From an uncultured delta proteobacterium (GTDB lineage Bacteria > Desulfobacterota > Binatia > Bin18): DNA of 64,000 nucleotides. A model generated the notes under the pieces. That model did no database searches. It saw only the letters and a list, made by a program, of their open reading frames with translations, and was not told the DNA's origin. Positions within the stretch are counted from its first letter, which is position 1. Each line of letters begins with the position of its first letter. The stretch covers positions 64,001 through 128,000 of the forward strand of contig CAVTCR010000062.1 of NCBI GenBank assembly GCA_963733195.1. Direction: 5' to 3'. Made by a program: the position numbers and the translations under genes. Shown in pieces: positions 62,577-64,000 of the stretch.

Positions 62577-63308
62577 CTATCGCAATGCTGACCTCGGGTT
62601 TTGCCACCCCAGCGACGATGGTGAACGAGCACGACGAGTGCGCCGCCGTCTGAATAACAAGAGCGGCCCGAGGATGAGACCAGAGACGAATCCTCCTACG
62701 TGCGCCCACCACGCCACTTCCGCGACGCGGGGCTCGGCTGCAGGCTGCACATACATGCCAGCACCAATCTGGAGTCCCAACCACAAGACGAGATAGAACA
62801 CCGCAGGAATACGGACCACAGGGAACGAAAACCCTAGCGGCAGTAGGGTCAGCACACGGGCAGTTGGATAGAAAACAAAATAGGCACCCGTGACTGCAGC
62901 AATTGCGCCACTCGCGCCAATCATCGGAATCGCAGACGACGGGTTCGTATAGGTCTGCACTAACACTGCGGTCACTCCACCAGCACAGTAAAACACGAGG
63001 TAGCGGACATGCCCGAGCCGATCTTCGACGTTACCGCCAAAAATATACAGATAAAGCAAATTCCCCAGGAGATGAGCCCAATTCCCATGCAAAAACATAC
63101 AGGACAGCAACGGAGAGAGAGCAGGAAAGGTTCCGCGTTCGAGAGCTTGCGAGAAATTTGCCGGGACCCAGCCATAGACTCGGACTAAGGTTTCAACCTG
63201 AGGCCCAAGCGCGAGTTCATAAGCAAAGAACACAAGGTTCAACCCTATGAGCGTATGATTGACCCAAGGAGTCCGGTGCTGTGTGACAGAAGTGCGAAGT
63301 GGGATCAT
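62577..63308 (-). CDS. Rhomboid intramembrane serine protease
   Basis: FLHGNWAHLLGN, GASG, AHVGG. Confidence 0.93.
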   Translation of the reverse strand: MIPLRTSVTQHRTPWVNHTLIGLNLVFFAYELALGPQVETLVRVYGWVPANFSQALERGTFPALSPLLSCMFLHGNWAHLLGNLLYLYIFGGNVEDRLGHVRYLVFYCAGGVTAVLVQTYTNPSSAIPMIGASGAIAAVTGAYFVFYPTARVLTLLPLGFSFPVVRIPAVFYLVLWLGLQIGAGMYVQPAAEPRVAEVAWWAHVGGFVSGLILGPLLLFRRRRTRRARSPSSLGWQNPRSALR

Positions 63309-63462
63309 ACGGTAGCTATCTCGCGTGAGGTATCGCTCACCTGCGCACTGAGATTTCCTCTTCCATCGACTACGACTACCCTAGCAGCCTTCACATCACC
63401 ATCAGCAAATATGACCGTTCTTATAGCACCCCTATCGAATCTGTGGTAGGGGAAATAAGTGT

Positions 63463-63798
63463 ATGCCAATCTACGAATACCACTGTCAGGAATGCGGGAA
63501 AGACCAGAGTGTACTCTTTCTTTCGCAAAAAAACGCCACGGCGAAGCCGTCGTGCAAGTATTGTGGTGCTCGTCGCTTGAAACGACTGCTGTCGCGCGTT
63601 GCCTACCACCAGACGGAAGCGTCCCGACTCAACGATTTTGATACCAGTGCCTCCCGTGATGAGTCCTTTTATCGCGACTCACGCAACGTTGGCCTCTGGG
63701 CAAAGAAGCGGGCAAAACAAATGGGGGTAGACTTGGGCTCTCAGTTTGAGGAAACTGTAGAGAAGGCCCGAAGTGGAAAGCTCGTCGATGACCTGTGA
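63463..63798 (+). CDS. FmdB-family zinc ribbon protein
   Basis: MPIYEYHCQECG..CKYCG. Confidence 0.88.
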   Translation: MPIYEYHCQECGKDQSVLFLSQKNATAKPSCKYCGARRLKRLLSRVAYHQTEASRLNDFDTSASRDESFYRDSRNVGLWAKKRAKQMGVDLGSQFEETVEKARSGKLVDDL

Positions 63799-63801
63799 CC
63801 T

Positions 63802-64000
63802 ATGTTTCAGCGAATCCGCCTGCAACTAAGCAAGTTCTTCCATGGGTGGTGGGACTTGCTCCCACATCCGGTACAACGACTGATCAAGGTGGGGTTCGGT
63901 ATTCTCTTTCTTGTGTTAGGGATTATTGGGATTTTTATCCCTGTTATGCCGCAAATTCCGTTTCTGCTGTTGAGTTTGACCCTATTGAGCAGCGAAAGTT
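63802..64000 (+). CDS. Small membrane protein (DUF454/PGPGW-like), runs off window end
   Basis: Manual translation MFQRIRL..GILFLVLGIIGIFIPVMPQIPFLLL. Confidence 0.65.
   Translation, partial: MFQRIRLQLSKFFHGWWDLLPHPVQRLIKVGFGILFLVLGIIGIFIPVMPQIPFLLLSLTLLSSES

Overview
Bacterial chromosomal window (GC roughly mid-50s percent by eye) with about 55 genes. The gene content (DZR-adenylate cyclase-AAA-TPR proteins, dense intergenic heptamer repeats, several carboxyltransferases and hydantoinases) suggests a Binatota/Deltaproteobacteria-like organism; this is inference only. Housekeeping and metabolic genes include tldD-pmbA, a DEDD exonuclease/GIY-YIG fusion, gshA, ndh, a DacA-type carboxypeptidase, fused lptF/G, truA, mltA, a pcs-like gene and a cobamide salvage/remodelling operon (cobU-cobT-cbiZ-cbiB-cobD). 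At least seven genes are split by small indels, probably long-read errors. Most interesting items: (1) a PEP-mutase-clade enzyme with a non-canonical catalytic loop (EDNIFPKRCS) fused to a cytidylyltransferase and followed by a terpene-cyclase-fold protein and a Rieske ferredoxin; (2) a CblC/QueG-like Fe-S protein near the cobamide operon, with a GST and a half-size methionine synthase; (3) a GAF-type sigma54 activator facing a -24/-12 promoter that drives two tiny membrane proteins, one ending in an ssrA-like LAA; (4) a Rho paralog lacking its RNA-binding domain; (5) a stand-alone IF-1 with a terminator hairpin in its leader; (6) a decayed defence island with remnants absent from the ORF track (HsdS, TOPRIM, PIN, integrase); (7) pervasive heptamer arrays and nested REP-like palindromes. 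No rRNA, tRNA or CRISPR array was seen.
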